Assembly (NCBI GenBank): GCA_029856155.1
Contig: JAHQWL010000052.1
Location: forward strand, 1-64,000
DNA: 64,000 nucleotides
Reading direction: 5' to 3'
Origin: Promethearchaeia archaeon
Lineage (GTDB): Archaea > Asgardarchaeota > Lokiarchaeia > Sigyniarchaeales > SOKP01
Part shown: in pieces, positions 50,252 through 60,106 of the stretch
How positions within the stretch are numbered: position 1 is the stretch's first letter
How the letters are laid out: every line of letters begins with the position of its first letter
Notes under the pieces: generated by a model
The model's database searches: none
What the model was told of the DNA's origin: nothing
What the model saw: only the letters and a program-made list of their open reading frames with translations
Translations under genes and position numbers: made by a program

Positions 50252-52687
50252 TTAATTAGAGATTAAAACTTCTCTTCTACTAACTTTATCAAACTTTAAA
50301 TTTACTTCTATTTTATTAACTTCCTTAATATAATTCCATGAACTTATTAACTTATTATCAACTTGAATTGAAGTTGGTCTTTTTTCTGAATAAATTAATA
50401 ATTTAATGTCTGTATCTTCTATATTCTCTGCTATAAAATTTAAAGAATTCTTAGTGCCATCAACATGTATTATTAATTTTCCTGAGCAAGTTATAAATTT
50501 ATCAGGACACCCAATTAAAGCCATTTTATTTACTGTAATAGGGCAAATTACATAATATTTGTAATCATATCTTCTTAGTCGCCCTATTTCGATACAATCG
50601 TCAAATTTAATTCGATTTAAATTACCAGAATGATAATCGTATATAATATAATCATTTTTCTCATATCCAAGGTCTTCCAATGTAAAAAAAGTTTCTTTAA
50701 CTCTTCTTGGCCAGATATTGGAAACTAATATATATCTCCATGTTAAATTATTTATTTTAGTGTAACTATCACAAATATAGTACTTTTTATGTTTCTTAAA
50801 CATTAAATCATTTGCAGTTAAGGGTTTTTCAGGTTTCAGTAATAACCCATCATCCCTGCATGTTTTGTTTAGAAGCGGCCAATTGACATTTTCTTTTTTA
50901 TCTCCCGGAGCAACAATTCCTGCATTTAAGATTTGATAAAGACATTTAAAATTAGGATATCTTTCTCCAAATGGTCTTATTTTTACATTTTCCATTGATC
51001 TTGAACGAAATATGTCTGGATGTGAGTTAATACCTATAGCATTAAAAAGTATATTTGTTTGAGTAGAGTGAATATATCTATAAGTTAAAGGCCATCTTTG
51101 ATTATAATCTCCTGAACACCGAGAGATATTAATGTTTGAATGTTTTATACTATATAATAAGATTCCAGGAGTCTGCATACAATAGAAAATATCAACTCCA
51201 TTTTCCTTGGCAGCAGTAGCCATATTGTTTAACCAATCTTCCTGACTATTAAATTCTTCAGTTAAAATAGGCATACTAGCAATTTGATTTTTCATCCAAT
51301 CTTGTTCATAAACTAAAATCCCGCTTTCTTTAGCATGTTTCATCAACCATTGCCAGAATTCTTTTTTAAGGGGAATTGCGTGATTTTTATACGTTTCAAA
51401 CTCAAATTCTTCAATATATGGGGATCTTGCATCCCAACGACGACTATGAGCAGTAATAGGTTTTTGAAATTTATCACGATAAAATGTTTTTAAGCTTGTA
51501 GTAAAATTTTTAGGATCAACCTCCCACCGAAACGTATTACCATATAACCCACCTCCCATTAGTCGAACTAATGGTCTAAATATTGTTGTAAAAGTTTTGT
51601 TTGTATGTTTTAGGTACCACCAACTATCAAAATTATAATATCTTATTGGAATGTTATACTTATCAAAATATTCCTTGATTTCCACCATTGTATCCTCATA
51701 ATTCATTCCCTTTTCTGTTCTATAATAGTAATAACCACCATTATTTGTCCAGAAACCCAAATAGGATGTTACAATATTCGCATAAAGACTTTTACGCTTA
51801 GAATCGTGATATTTTAATAATATATCACCTAAACGTTCTATAGATTGGTTAATCCCTACTCCAAAAAGTAGAATAAATTTCTGTGAAAAATTTTTTGGTA
51901 TTTCTTTAATTTTCCCTTGAATACCACAGCTTATTCTATTATTTTTATCCTTTGAGATTACTGTATTTAAAAAACCATCTAATGGCGATAATACAAAACA
52001 GTTCAAATCATCATCATAAAAAACTACAGGTGCAGAGGTTGTGCTAATCTTTTTTGAGGGAGGACAAAATATTTTATTTCTATAGGTAAATATTTTAGTA
52101 TTAGGGCTCATATTCATCAATGAAGGAAAGGAAGTAATAATTTTCGAATACTCATCTGAAAATGTGTTATTTAATCCATCTGGGATTGAAAGCTCAAAAA
52201 TAATAAAACCTTTTGTGTTATAGTGTTTAATTAAGGCATCTACGATTCTACCTTCATTTTCTAATTGATATTCAATGTCAATAGATATATACTTCCCTAA
52301 TTTATCAGATCCATCATTTTTATCGACAGAAATTAACTTAAGTGTTTTTGATTGACTTTTGGAAGAAATATAATTGGAGTATTCGTTAAAGTTGTGTCTA
52401 ATTTTTATAATTCCATTTACTAGTTGTCTATTATCACCAAATGAAATTGAATAAGTGCCTCGATTCTTATCAAAATCCAATTGACCTATGTTATTTTGAA
52501 TTGGAAGTTGTATTGGCTTGGTTTTTTTCTTGAAATCTTTCGGATTATATATATATGTAGCGTTAAATTTTGGAGAAACAAAGAGATTAAAAAACCAAGG
52601 TAAGAGTAAATATACTAATGTGAAAAATAATATTAAGGTAAAAAGAATAAGAAGAATTAAGTTCAAGAGATACATATTAATTTCCAA
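50252..52687 (-). CDS. Membrane-anchored glycoside hydrolase-like protein (GH-D clan-like TIM barrel)
   Basis: N-terminal TM; FDSWWY, YEQDW, YCM, RCSGDY, CRDDGLLLKP. Confidence 0.65.
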   Translation of the reverse strand: MEINMYLLNLILLILFTLILFFTLVYLLLPWFFNLFVSPKFNATYIYNPKDFKKKTKPIQLPIQNNIGQLDFDKNRGTYSISFGDNRQLVNGIIKIRHNFNEYSNYISSKSQSKTLKLISVDKNDGSDKLGKYISIDIEYQLENEGRIVDALIKHYNTKGFIIFELSIPDGLNNTFSDEYSKIITSFPSLMNMSPNTKIFTYRNKIFCPPSKKISTTSAPVVFYDDDLNCFVLSPLDGFLNTVISKDKNNRISCGIQGKIKEIPKNFSQKFILLFGVGINQSIERLGDILLKYHDSKRKSLYANIVTSYLGFWTNNGGYYYYRTEKGMNYEDTMVEIKEYFDKYNIPIRYYNFDSWWYLKHTNKTFTTIFRPLVRLMGGGLYGNTFRWEVDPKNFTTSLKTFYRDKFQKPITAHSRRWDARSPYIEEFEFETYKNHAIPLKKEFWQWLMKHAKESGILVYEQDWMKNQIASMPILTEEFNSQEDWLNNMATAAKENGVDIFYCMQTPGILLYSIKHSNINISRCSGDYNQRWPLTYRYIHSTQTNILFNAIGINSHPDIFRSRSMENVKIRPFGERYPNFKCLYQILNAGIVAPGDKKENVNWPLLNKTCRDDGLLLKPEKPLTANDLMFKKHKKYYICDSYTKINNLTWRYILVSNIWPRRVKETFFTLEDLGYEKNDYIIYDYHSGNLNRIKFDDCIEIGRLRRYDYKYYVICPITVNKMALIGCPDKFITCSGKLIIHVDGTKNSLNFIAENIEDTDIKLLIYSEKRPTSIQVDNKLISSWNYIKEVNKIEVNLKFDKVSRREVLISN

Positions 52688-52826
52688 ACAACACTTTATT
52701 ATTTATAATTTTTCGCCTCCTCATAGCCATTAAAGTAAGAAATTTCTAATTTCACATAAATAGCTATCAAATCTTAATGGTTTTTTAAAATCATTTAAAT
52801 ATAATCATTTTATTATACAAAATATC

Positions 52827-53921
52827 ATGGCGAAAAATTTTATTAATGTTGCTATAGTTGGAGTCGGTGACGTGGCATCCGCTCTTGTACAGGGTGTTGA
52901 AAACTACAAGAAAAATCCAGAAAGAACAATAGGGATACTTCCAGAAATTACTCAATATAGTATAAATGATATTAATTTCATTTTAGGAATTGATGTTAAT
53001 TCAAATAAAGTCGGAAAAGATTTGAGTGAAGCGATTTTTGCAGAACCAAATTGTAATATGAGACTTTTTGAGCCTAGTTATTTAAATGCTCCTGTAATAA
53101 AAGGTCCAATAATGGATGGATTAGACAGCAATATTAAAAACATAATACCCGTAGATCTTAATCAAAACCCTGTTGATGTTACTAATGAAATAAAAAATAG
53201 AAATACAGATGTTACTATAATCCTGCTTCCAACAGGATCGCATGAAGCTGTAAAATTTTATGCTATGAGTGCGCTTGAAGCAGGATCATGTGTTATAAAT
53301 GGAATGCCTTCACACGTGGTTAAAGATTCCGAAATTGTTAAAAAAGCTGAAGAAAAAGGTCTCTCATTAATGGGAGACGATGTAAAATCCCAGATTGGAG
53401 CTACAATCATCCATAGAGCCTTAGCTAATCTCTTTCCAATGCGAGGTGCTATATTAGATAAAACAATTCAACTAGATTGGGGGGGTTCCAGCGATTTTTG
53501 TAATTTATTAACATCTATGCAAGACGGAAGATTAAGATATGAGCAAGGAAAACGACAATCAAAAACTGAGTCTGTAATTGCCAATCTCCAAAATAGAGAT
53601 ACAGTTAATTGCCAAATTTCTGCTGTAGATTATATCCCCTTCCTAAGAAATCAAAAAGAAGCGTATATGAGATTGGAAGGAAGAGTCTTTGGAGGTGCAC
53701 CCGTTAGAGTCGATATTACTATGTTTGTAGAAGATGGCAATAATTCAGCGGGTGTTATAGTAGATTGCATTAGAATTAGTAAAATTGCGAAGGATAGAAA
53801 AATTAAAGGTATTCTGCAATCGGCGTGTTCTTTTTTTGCGAAACATCCTCCAGAACAATTAGATGATTATATTGCCAAAAAGAGACTTATAGAGTTTATA
53901 GAAAATAAACGAGAGCGATAA
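52827..53921 (+). CDS. ino1: myo-inositol-1-phosphate synthase
   Basis: AIVGVGDVASALVQG, GDDVKSQIGAT..H, SKT, NSAGV. Confidence 0.94.
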   Translation: MAKNFINVAIVGVGDVASALVQGVENYKKNPERTIGILPEITQYSINDINFILGIDVNSNKVGKDLSEAIFAEPNCNMRLFEPSYLNAPVIKGPIMDGLDSNIKNIIPVDLNQNPVDVTNEIKNRNTDVTIILLPTGSHEAVKFYAMSALEAGSCVINGMPSHVVKDSEIVKKAEEKGLSLMGDDVKSQIGATIIHRALANLFPMRGAILDKTIQLDWGGSSDFCNLLTSMQDGRLRYEQGKRQSKTESVIANLQNRDTVNCQISAVDYIPFLRNQKEAYMRLEGRVFGGAPVRVDITMFVEDGNNSAGVIVDCIRISKIAKDRKIKGILQSACSFFAKHPPEQLDDYIAKKRLIEFIENKRER

Positions 53922-53949
53922 GTAGTTTATATGCTATGAATAAACTACT
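53921..53949. terminator. Hairpin between convergent genes
   Basis: AGTAGTTTAT-N9-ATAAACTACT. Confidence 0.5.
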
Positions 53950-53959
53950 ATCTCAAGTT

Positions 53960-54874
53960 TTAACCTCTAACTGAAGCACGTGTTTTATAGATTTGTTGTC
54001 GTAATAGTAAAGTATTGTATATATAATCTGATATTAGACTCACTGCTTCAGGAATGCTTTTAAAACTTGGAAAATCATTAATATCTATAATATATGGATT
54101 TCCTTCATTTGTTAATATGTAATCAATACCAAAAATTGAGAGTCCCATTTTTCTACCCAATCGTAATATTCGTCTCTTTAATTGTTTGTCAATTGGTACA
54201 CGAATATGAATTAGTTCTAAGGGAGATAGATTTTCTTTTTGTCGCAATCGATTATGGGAAGTTATTGAAACTGTCCATCGACCAATAATGTATATTTTGT
54301 AGATAATATCGAATTTGCCTAAATATTCTTGAAAAAATAACTCATTTTCCTTAAATCCTTTCGTTAATTCTTTAAAATCATATGAATTTTTAGCTATACC
54401 GATAATTCTATCATCTCTTGGCAAGTTTGGAATATTATGCCTATCCAATTTAATCACTATTTTAGTACCATTAGAACAAGCTTCAAAGGCTTCATTAAAA
54501 GAGTAAAAATTACGAGGAAAATATATTTTCTTACATTTTTGTTCAACATTTCTAAAGGTATCTCTTCTACTTTCACATGTCTGAACTGCATCTAAACTAT
54601 TTAAAAGAGGGATATGAGGCGTTATTTCTCTAACTGTTTTGTAAATTTCTTGATTATCTTTTTCAGATAACAATTTGACAATTATAAATGAAATAGGGTA
54701 TTTTTTAATTTGTTTCTTAAAATGTTTAACACTAAATATATTAGAATCTTTTTTTAAAAGATTAATTATCGAGATATTATAGTTCTTATTAAAGAACTTT
54801 TTGATCTCTTCAAAAATTTCGAGATCGCGATTACAAATAGAGCCTATATAGATTCTACTAAACTTATTTGACAC
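53960..54874 (-). CDS. ATP-grasp protein, ITPK1-like #2
   Basis: FFQEYL...YKIYIIG, IFGIDYI, IDINDFPSF. Confidence 0.8.
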   Translation of the reverse strand: MSNKFSRIYIGSICNRDLEIFEEIKKFFNKNYNISIINLLKKDSNIFSVKHFKKQIKKYPISFIIVKLLSEKDNQEIYKTVREITPHIPLLNSLDAVQTCESRRDTFRNVEQKCKKIYFPRNFYSFNEAFEACSNGTKIVIKLDRHNIPNLPRDDRIIGIAKNSYDFKELTKGFKENELFFQEYLGKFDIIYKIYIIGRWTVSITSHNRLRQKENLSPLELIHIRVPIDKQLKRRILRLGRKMGLSIFGIDYILTNEGNPYIIDINDFPSFKSIPEAVSLISDYIYNTLLLRQQIYKTRASVRG

Positions 54875-55113
54875 GTATAAAACCCTATTAATTTGATAAA
54901 TTATGAGTTAATTATGGTATATAAATATATTTATTATTTAGTATTTTAAGGGGTGACTATAGAAAAAAGTCTCGAAGTTTTAAAGATCCCATTTTCTGGA
55001 CTCTATGCTAAAAGGTTTAAAATTTAATTTTAATTGTATTTATATTATATATTTTTTTTATTTAATATTAAAGAGAAAAACCATTTTCTTTAAAAAAGGC
55101 TCTTAAGGTAAAT

Positions 55114-55932
55114 TTGTTGAAAAAAATAGGAATAATTATTGATAAATATCATTTAAAGTATAAAGTGACAGATTTCCTAAAATATCTAAAGTCTAAAGCA
55201 GATGTAATAATATATATTGAAGAAAATTTTCTTTTAAATAGTGAGAATATAAACTTCGATGAAGATTTATTCTTTCTTAAGGCGAAAGGAGATTTAGTAT
55301 TAACTTTTGCTAAATCTCTTGAAGATTGTACTTCGATTCCAGTAATAAACTCTTATAAAGGCACTTGGTTAGCAATTAATAGGTTTTTAAATAGCGTTTA
55401 TTTAAAAAAGGCAGGTATCCCTATTCCTGATTTTTCTTTAAATCCTAAAGGAATTATTCCACCTTTCAGGGATTATATTATAAAAAATATTATAGATCAA
55501 AAAAATTATAAATTTAAACCAGTAGTTCATAAAGAAAATGGACAATTAAGAGTAGCTGATGAGAGAGCCTTAAATGAAGTTGATAAGACTGATCCAAAAT
55601 ATAATTATCTATATTATCAGAAATTTATCAAAAGTAAATGGGAATATAAGATCTACGGGATTGGGGATGAAATATACTTTTTTAAACAATTACCTATACT
55701 TGTTAATCCCAATAAGATGGAATCGAGAAGAGAAATTGATGAAATTTCTGAATTAAAAGAATATTGTTATAAAGCAATGGAAGTAATGGATTTAAAATTA
55801 ACTTCATTAGATTTTTTAAAATCAAAAGAGCAATTCTTTCTAACTGATATAAATTGTACTCCAAATTTTAATTACATTAAAGATGGTCATAAAATTGTGG
55901 CTGATTTTTTATTAAAACAAGCAAAAAAATGA
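55114..55932 (+). CDS. ATP-grasp protein, ITPK1-like #3
   Basis: YYQKFI...YKIYGIG, SLDFL, TDINCTPNF. Confidence 0.75.
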   Translation: MLKKIGIIIDKYHLKYKVTDFLKYLKSKADVIIYIEENFLLNSENINFDEDLFFLKAKGDLVLTFAKSLEDCTSIPVINSYKGTWLAINRFLNSVYLKKAGIPIPDFSLNPKGIIPPFRDYIIKNIIDQKNYKFKPVVHKENGQLRVADERALNEVDKTDPKYNYLYYQKFIKSKWEYKIYGIGDEIYFFKQLPILVNPNKMESRREIDEISELKEYCYKAMEVMDLKLTSLDFLKSKEQFFLTDINCTPNFNYIKDGHKIVADFLLKQAKK

Positions 55933-55946
55933 TGGATTAAAGGAAA

Positions 55947-56750
55947 ATGAATATTGGAATTTTATCAAAAAGGAAAACTATGATGGCAAAAAAGTTAAAA
56001 GATTGCTTACAAAATAAAGGATATACGGTTTCTATTTACACATTAGAGAATTTGATTATTAATGAAACTCTTCTAAATAATGATTTATTCATATTAAAAT
56101 CAAAAAGTCTTATTTTTTTATATGCAGGTTTTTTTTTGGAAGCAAATAACATTCCAGTAATACCAAAACCTCAATTATCATTTTTACAGAAAAATCGAAT
56201 ACAATCACATTTCTTAATGAAAAGGATAGGTTTAATAACTCCAGACATATTTTTAGGTACTGCTGATACATTTAAGAATCAATTAGATTTAAAGGATTTT
56301 CCGTTTATTTTAAAGCCAATCATGGGTTCAGGCAGTAAAGGAATCAGAATTATTAGATCATACAAAGATTTAACATCAGAAAATAATTCAATATTATACT
56401 TAGAAAGGTATATTGAAGGTATTCATTATAATGTATATTTTATTGATAATGAAATCTGTACTTTAATTAAACCTCCATTATCAGATGAACATGTTGATAT
56501 GAAAAAAATTGAAACTCCAGATGATATAAGAGATGTAATTAAAAAATGGAAGGATTATTTTAACGGAGATCTATTATTCGGACATTTAGATATTGTTCGA
56601 GAAGAAGCTAGCAATAAATTATATGTTGTAGATCCAGGAAGTTTTCCTGAGTTCACCAATTGGAAGTGTAAAATTTCACCCGTCGAAAGTATATGCAATC
56701 TAATAATAAATAAGTATGAGAAATTACACAAAAATCAAAATAATATTTAA
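55947..56750 (+). CDS. ATP-grasp protein #4 (divergent; RimK/ITPK1-related)
   Basis: PFILKPIMGSGSKGI, LERYIEG, GHLDIV, VDPGSFPEF. Confidence 0.75.
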   Translation: MNIGILSKRKTMMAKKLKDCLQNKGYTVSIYTLENLIINETLLNNDLFILKSKSLIFLYAGFFLEANNIPVIPKPQLSFLQKNRIQSHFLMKRIGLITPDIFLGTADTFKNQLDLKDFPFILKPIMGSGSKGIRIIRSYKDLTSENNSILYLERYIEGIHYNVYFIDNEICTLIKPPLSDEHVDMKKIETPDDIRDVIKKWKDYFNGDLLFGHLDIVREEASNKLYVVDPGSFPEFTNWKCKISPVESICNLIINKYEKLHKNQNNI

Positions 56751-56776
56751 TTTTTTTACATTATTATACATTTAAA

Positions 56777-57745
56777 ATGAGTACGCAAGAACAATTAGAA
56801 AAATCCAAGATTTATGGAAAAAAACAAAAAGTACGATTATACAAGATAAAACACTTCATTTTTGATTTTGGGGGCGTTTTGATTGAAAAGACCTTTGTTT
56901 TAAAGAATTTACTTGATATGATCGAATCAGATTTAAAGATTTCAATTCCCCGTGACGAAAACTCATATAGTAGAAAAATTAAAAGACATCTAAGCTCTGG
57001 AATAATTTCTACTCAGGAATTTTTACAGAAAATTTTTGAAAAATACTATTATCCTTTTCAAAAAAGTGATGGAGCATCATCCCCCAACAAAGTGGATGTA
57101 GAATATTATACTGAGCTTTGGTTAGATTTATATTCCCAAGTAACAAATATATCATCAGAAATGGCAGAAATAATAGAACGCTTACATCAAGCAGATTACA
57201 CGGTAAGTTTAATGTCAAATACCCATGATGTCCATGCAAAATCGAACTATTTAAAAGGATTCTATGATATTTTCGATAATATTTTCCTATCAAATGAAAT
57301 CGGTTATATTAAACCCGATATGGACAAATATAAATATGTTTTATCAAAATTAGATACAAGTCCAAAAAAATGTGTCTTTATCGATGATAAAATTCAGAAT
57401 TTAGTTCCAGCTCGAGATCTAGGAATTATAGTAATTAGATTTGAGTCATTTGAGAAATTTAAAAAGCAATTGCGCGAATTAGGAGTAGGTAATATTAGTA
57501 AGAATCTTCGCCATAAAATAAAAAAGAAATATACGCAATATAAAAAGACTAAAAAGGAGTATAAAAAAGCTAAAATGGAATACAAAAAAGCAAAAAATGA
57601 GTATCTTAAAAAGAAAGGGAAATCCTTAAAACGGAAAATGGAATACCAACAAAAACATGCTAAATATCATAAGAAAAAAGCTGAATATAAGAAAGAGAAG
57701 GAGAAAAAAAAACAAGACCTAATAACTAAAATCCGAGTTACATAA
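56777..57745 (+). CDS. HAD-superfamily phosphatase with Lys-rich C-terminal tail
   Basis: FDFGGVL, MSNT, KPD, FIDD; ~80-aa K/Y-rich tail. Confidence 0.9.
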   Translation: MSTQEQLEKSKIYGKKQKVRLYKIKHFIFDFGGVLIEKTFVLKNLLDMIESDLKISIPRDENSYSRKIKRHLSSGIISTQEFLQKIFEKYYYPFQKSDGASSPNKVDVEYYTELWLDLYSQVTNISSEMAEIIERLHQADYTVSLMSNTHDVHAKSNYLKGFYDIFDNIFLSNEIGYIKPDMDKYKYVLSKLDTSPKKCVFIDDKIQNLVPARDLGIIVIRFESFEKFKKQLRELGVGNISKNLRHKIKKKYTQYKKTKKEYKKAKMEYKKAKNEYLKKKGKSLKRKMEYQQKHAKYHKKKAEYKKEKEKKKQDLITKIRVT

Positions 57746-57765
57746 AAATTTCTAATAGAATAAAT

Positions 57766-58872
57766 CTATTCTATACTTTCTTCTTTATTTTCTTGTTCTT
57801 TATTAAATTCTTCAACCTTTTTCATAACAGACTCTGATGGTGTTGTTGGTATGGGTATTTTTTCATAGATTTCTATGAATTTTATATCATCAATTTCTTC
57901 CCCCATATGAGTCTGAAGATCCATTGCAAGACCAAACTTAACATACGTTAAATTCTGAAAAATAAACATTTTAGGAATAGTTATCTCAAGAGTCTTACTC
58001 TTAGGAATATAACTTACATGAAAATCTGAAATATTATCTTTTGGAATTCCTTTGTTTATCATAAAATATTCTATCTTTTCATTAAAATCTTCAATTTTAT
58101 CTATAATTTCTAAATTATAATCTATATTTTGTCCCGCTAAAGGGTGATTATAATCAATAATAACTCTTCCTTGTACAACATTGGTTACTGTGCCCCTCTG
58201 TGTTTGCCCTTGAGTTTGCTTAATAAATTCTTTACCAATTTCAGGATTTTTTCCTTCGTTTAATTTTCTGAATTTTGCTATGCCTATTCTTTCAATCTTT
58301 TGGGGATCCCGTTTTCCAAAAGCTTTGGTAGGGGGGATCCTAACAGATTTTTTCTCAAAAAAGTTCATATCTTTAATAACTTCAGTAAGACCTTCATTCA
58401 CGAATCCTGATTTTTTTACGATCACGAATTCTGGAGTATAATATCCCTGTTTAGCCTTATTCTCATCATATATACCTGCTTTTTTTGCATCCTCTTCAGT
58501 TGAGACTCTAAAGATTTGACCTTTTTGGGTTCGTGCGGTTATTTTTACAAGAACAAAATCTCCCTCTTGTACTTTTTTCCCATGTAATTTTGCTTTTTTT
58601 TCTTCTAATTTTTTAGTTTCTTCTAAGATTTTCTCCTCATCTTCATCTTTTCCGCTTTCAATAGGTTCTTTTCCTTCCTCTTTAGTTTCTTGTTGGATTA
58701 ATTCTTTTGCATTATCAATCATTTTTTCAGCTGTAGCCTTCCCAATCCCTTTCAATTCAGTTAAATCTTCTAATTTAGAGTTTGCTAATTTTTCAACAGT
58801 ATCTATTCCCGCTTCTTTTAATGTGTCAGCTTTTTTGCCAAGTCCTTTAATATCTTCTAATTTAAGAGACAT
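57766..58872 (-). CDS. Long-type FKBP peptidyl-prolyl isomerase with N-terminal HhH domain
   Basis: GDFVLV, IPPTKAFGKRD, IDYNHPLAG; N-terminal IKGLG...LKGIGKATAEK. Confidence 0.9.
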   Translation of the reverse strand: MSLKLEDIKGLGKKADTLKEAGIDTVEKLANSKLEDLTELKGIGKATAEKMIDNAKELIQQETKEEGKEPIESGKDEDEEKILEETKKLEEKKAKLHGKKVQEGDFVLVKITARTQKGQIFRVSTEEDAKKAGIYDENKAKQGYYTPEFVIVKKSGFVNEGLTEVIKDMNFFEKKSVRIPPTKAFGKRDPQKIERIGIAKFRKLNEGKNPEIGKEFIKQTQGQTQRGTVTNVVQGRVIIDYNHPLAGQNIDYNLEIIDKIEDFNEKIEYFMINKGIPKDNISDFHVSYIPKSKTLEITIPKMFIFQNLTYVKFGLAMDLQTHMGEEIDDIKFIEIYEKIPIPTTPSESVMKKVEEFNKEQENKEESIE

Positions 58873-58969
58873 TTCAACTCATTTATATTTATTTTTAAAA
58901 GTAGAGTCGTAAAAAGTTAAATCTTACAATATTTGATTATTTATAGATTTTTCTAAAATGTAGAATTCC

Positions 58970-60082
58970 TTATGATACGGGCTCAAATATTATTCCTAAC
59001 TTTTGAGCATACATTTTTACTTCACGCATTTCATCAGACGTAGGTCTTCTATTTATTTCTTCATAATTAAACGCCTTATATTGAGGTCTATATTGCCCCA
59101 TGATGTTCATTACAGCCTTGGGGAGTTCTTTAGCAACATAATCTAAAATTGGTTTAGTACAGCATTCAATATGGTTTGGCATGACTAAATGTCTAATACA
59201 GATTTCTCCACTGCCCTCATCATGGATTCTTTTATGATTTCTGGTGATTATATCGAAGTAATTATCAATACCAGAATATTTTTTACCACATTCATTATTG
59301 CCATATTTAAAGTCAGGTAGCCAGAAATCCATAAAATCTATTATTAATGAAAGAGATTTATCAGTTAAGAAGAAATTTGAATTCCATAGCTGACATATAT
59401 TAGATTTTTGAAATTTTAAGCTCCCCACAATAGTGTGAATGTTTGGAATGGGATCGCCTCCTACATAATTTATGTTTATTGCACCTTTATCAACAAGTTT
59501 TTCAGCAATAGCTGCTAATTGGATAGTATCAACTTTCTGAGAAATATCTTCAATGTTTTTTTTCCCTTTCCATGCTTGAGAAATGTCATAATTTTGACAA
59601 AAAACACATCCAAAATTACACCCTTGAAAAAAAATAGTACCACTTGGGATTAATACGGGTTCTTCACCCATATGAAGGAAAGCAGAAGATACATAAGAAT
59701 CCTTAGAAATCAAACAAAAGCCTTTTTCACCACCTATACGATTTGCTTCACATTGTCTCTCACAGAAAATACACTTGACTAAATATTTAATTGCTATCGT
59801 TTCGGCGAGTGTTATGTAGTTAATTTCTTGAACAACATGATTTTTCAAATTATTTGAATCTTTATTAAGGAGTTCATTAAACTCTAGAGATTTTTCTTTC
59901 AATAAGCCCTCAAGCTTTTCTACGGGATCGCTTAGATCAAAATCGCAATTTACACTCTTAGCAACCAAATATCTTGCTAACCGTTTCCCATCAATTATCC
60001 CTCTATATTTTGAAAAGCGTTTAAGTATTTCTTCATTTTGCCATACAGATACAGAATCCGGCCGAAGAACTCTAAAAACCAT
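58970..60082 (-). CDS. Radical SAM protein, PflX-like
   Basis: HMGEEP...SGTIFF, CNFGCVFCQN, GGDP, PDFKYG, RHLVMP, MGQYRP. Confidence 0.92.
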   Translation of the reverse strand: MVFRVLRPDSVSVWQNEEILKRFSKYRGIIDGKRLARYLVAKSVNCDFDLSDPVEKLEGLLKEKSLEFNELLNKDSNNLKNHVVQEINYITLAETIAIKYLVKCIFCERQCEANRIGGEKGFCLISKDSYVSSAFLHMGEEPVLIPSGTIFFQGCNFGCVFCQNYDISQAWKGKKNIEDISQKVDTIQLAAIAEKLVDKGAININYVGGDPIPNIHTIVGSLKFQKSNICQLWNSNFFLTDKSLSLIIDFMDFWLPDFKYGNNECGKKYSGIDNYFDIITRNHKRIHDEGSGEICIRHLVMPNHIECCTKPILDYVAKELPKAVMNIMGQYRPQYKAFNYEEINRRPTSDEMREVKMYAQKLGIIFEPVS

Positions 60083-60106
60083 AATAAAATGATTAAGGTT
60101 AATTAA

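Noticed and set aside
356-57585. Many 60-150 aa ORFs antisense to or nested in long genes (e.g. 356-577, 926-1234, 15515-15850, 38733-39182, 48074-48451)
   Set aside because: Shadow ORFs of well-supported genes, with no motifs
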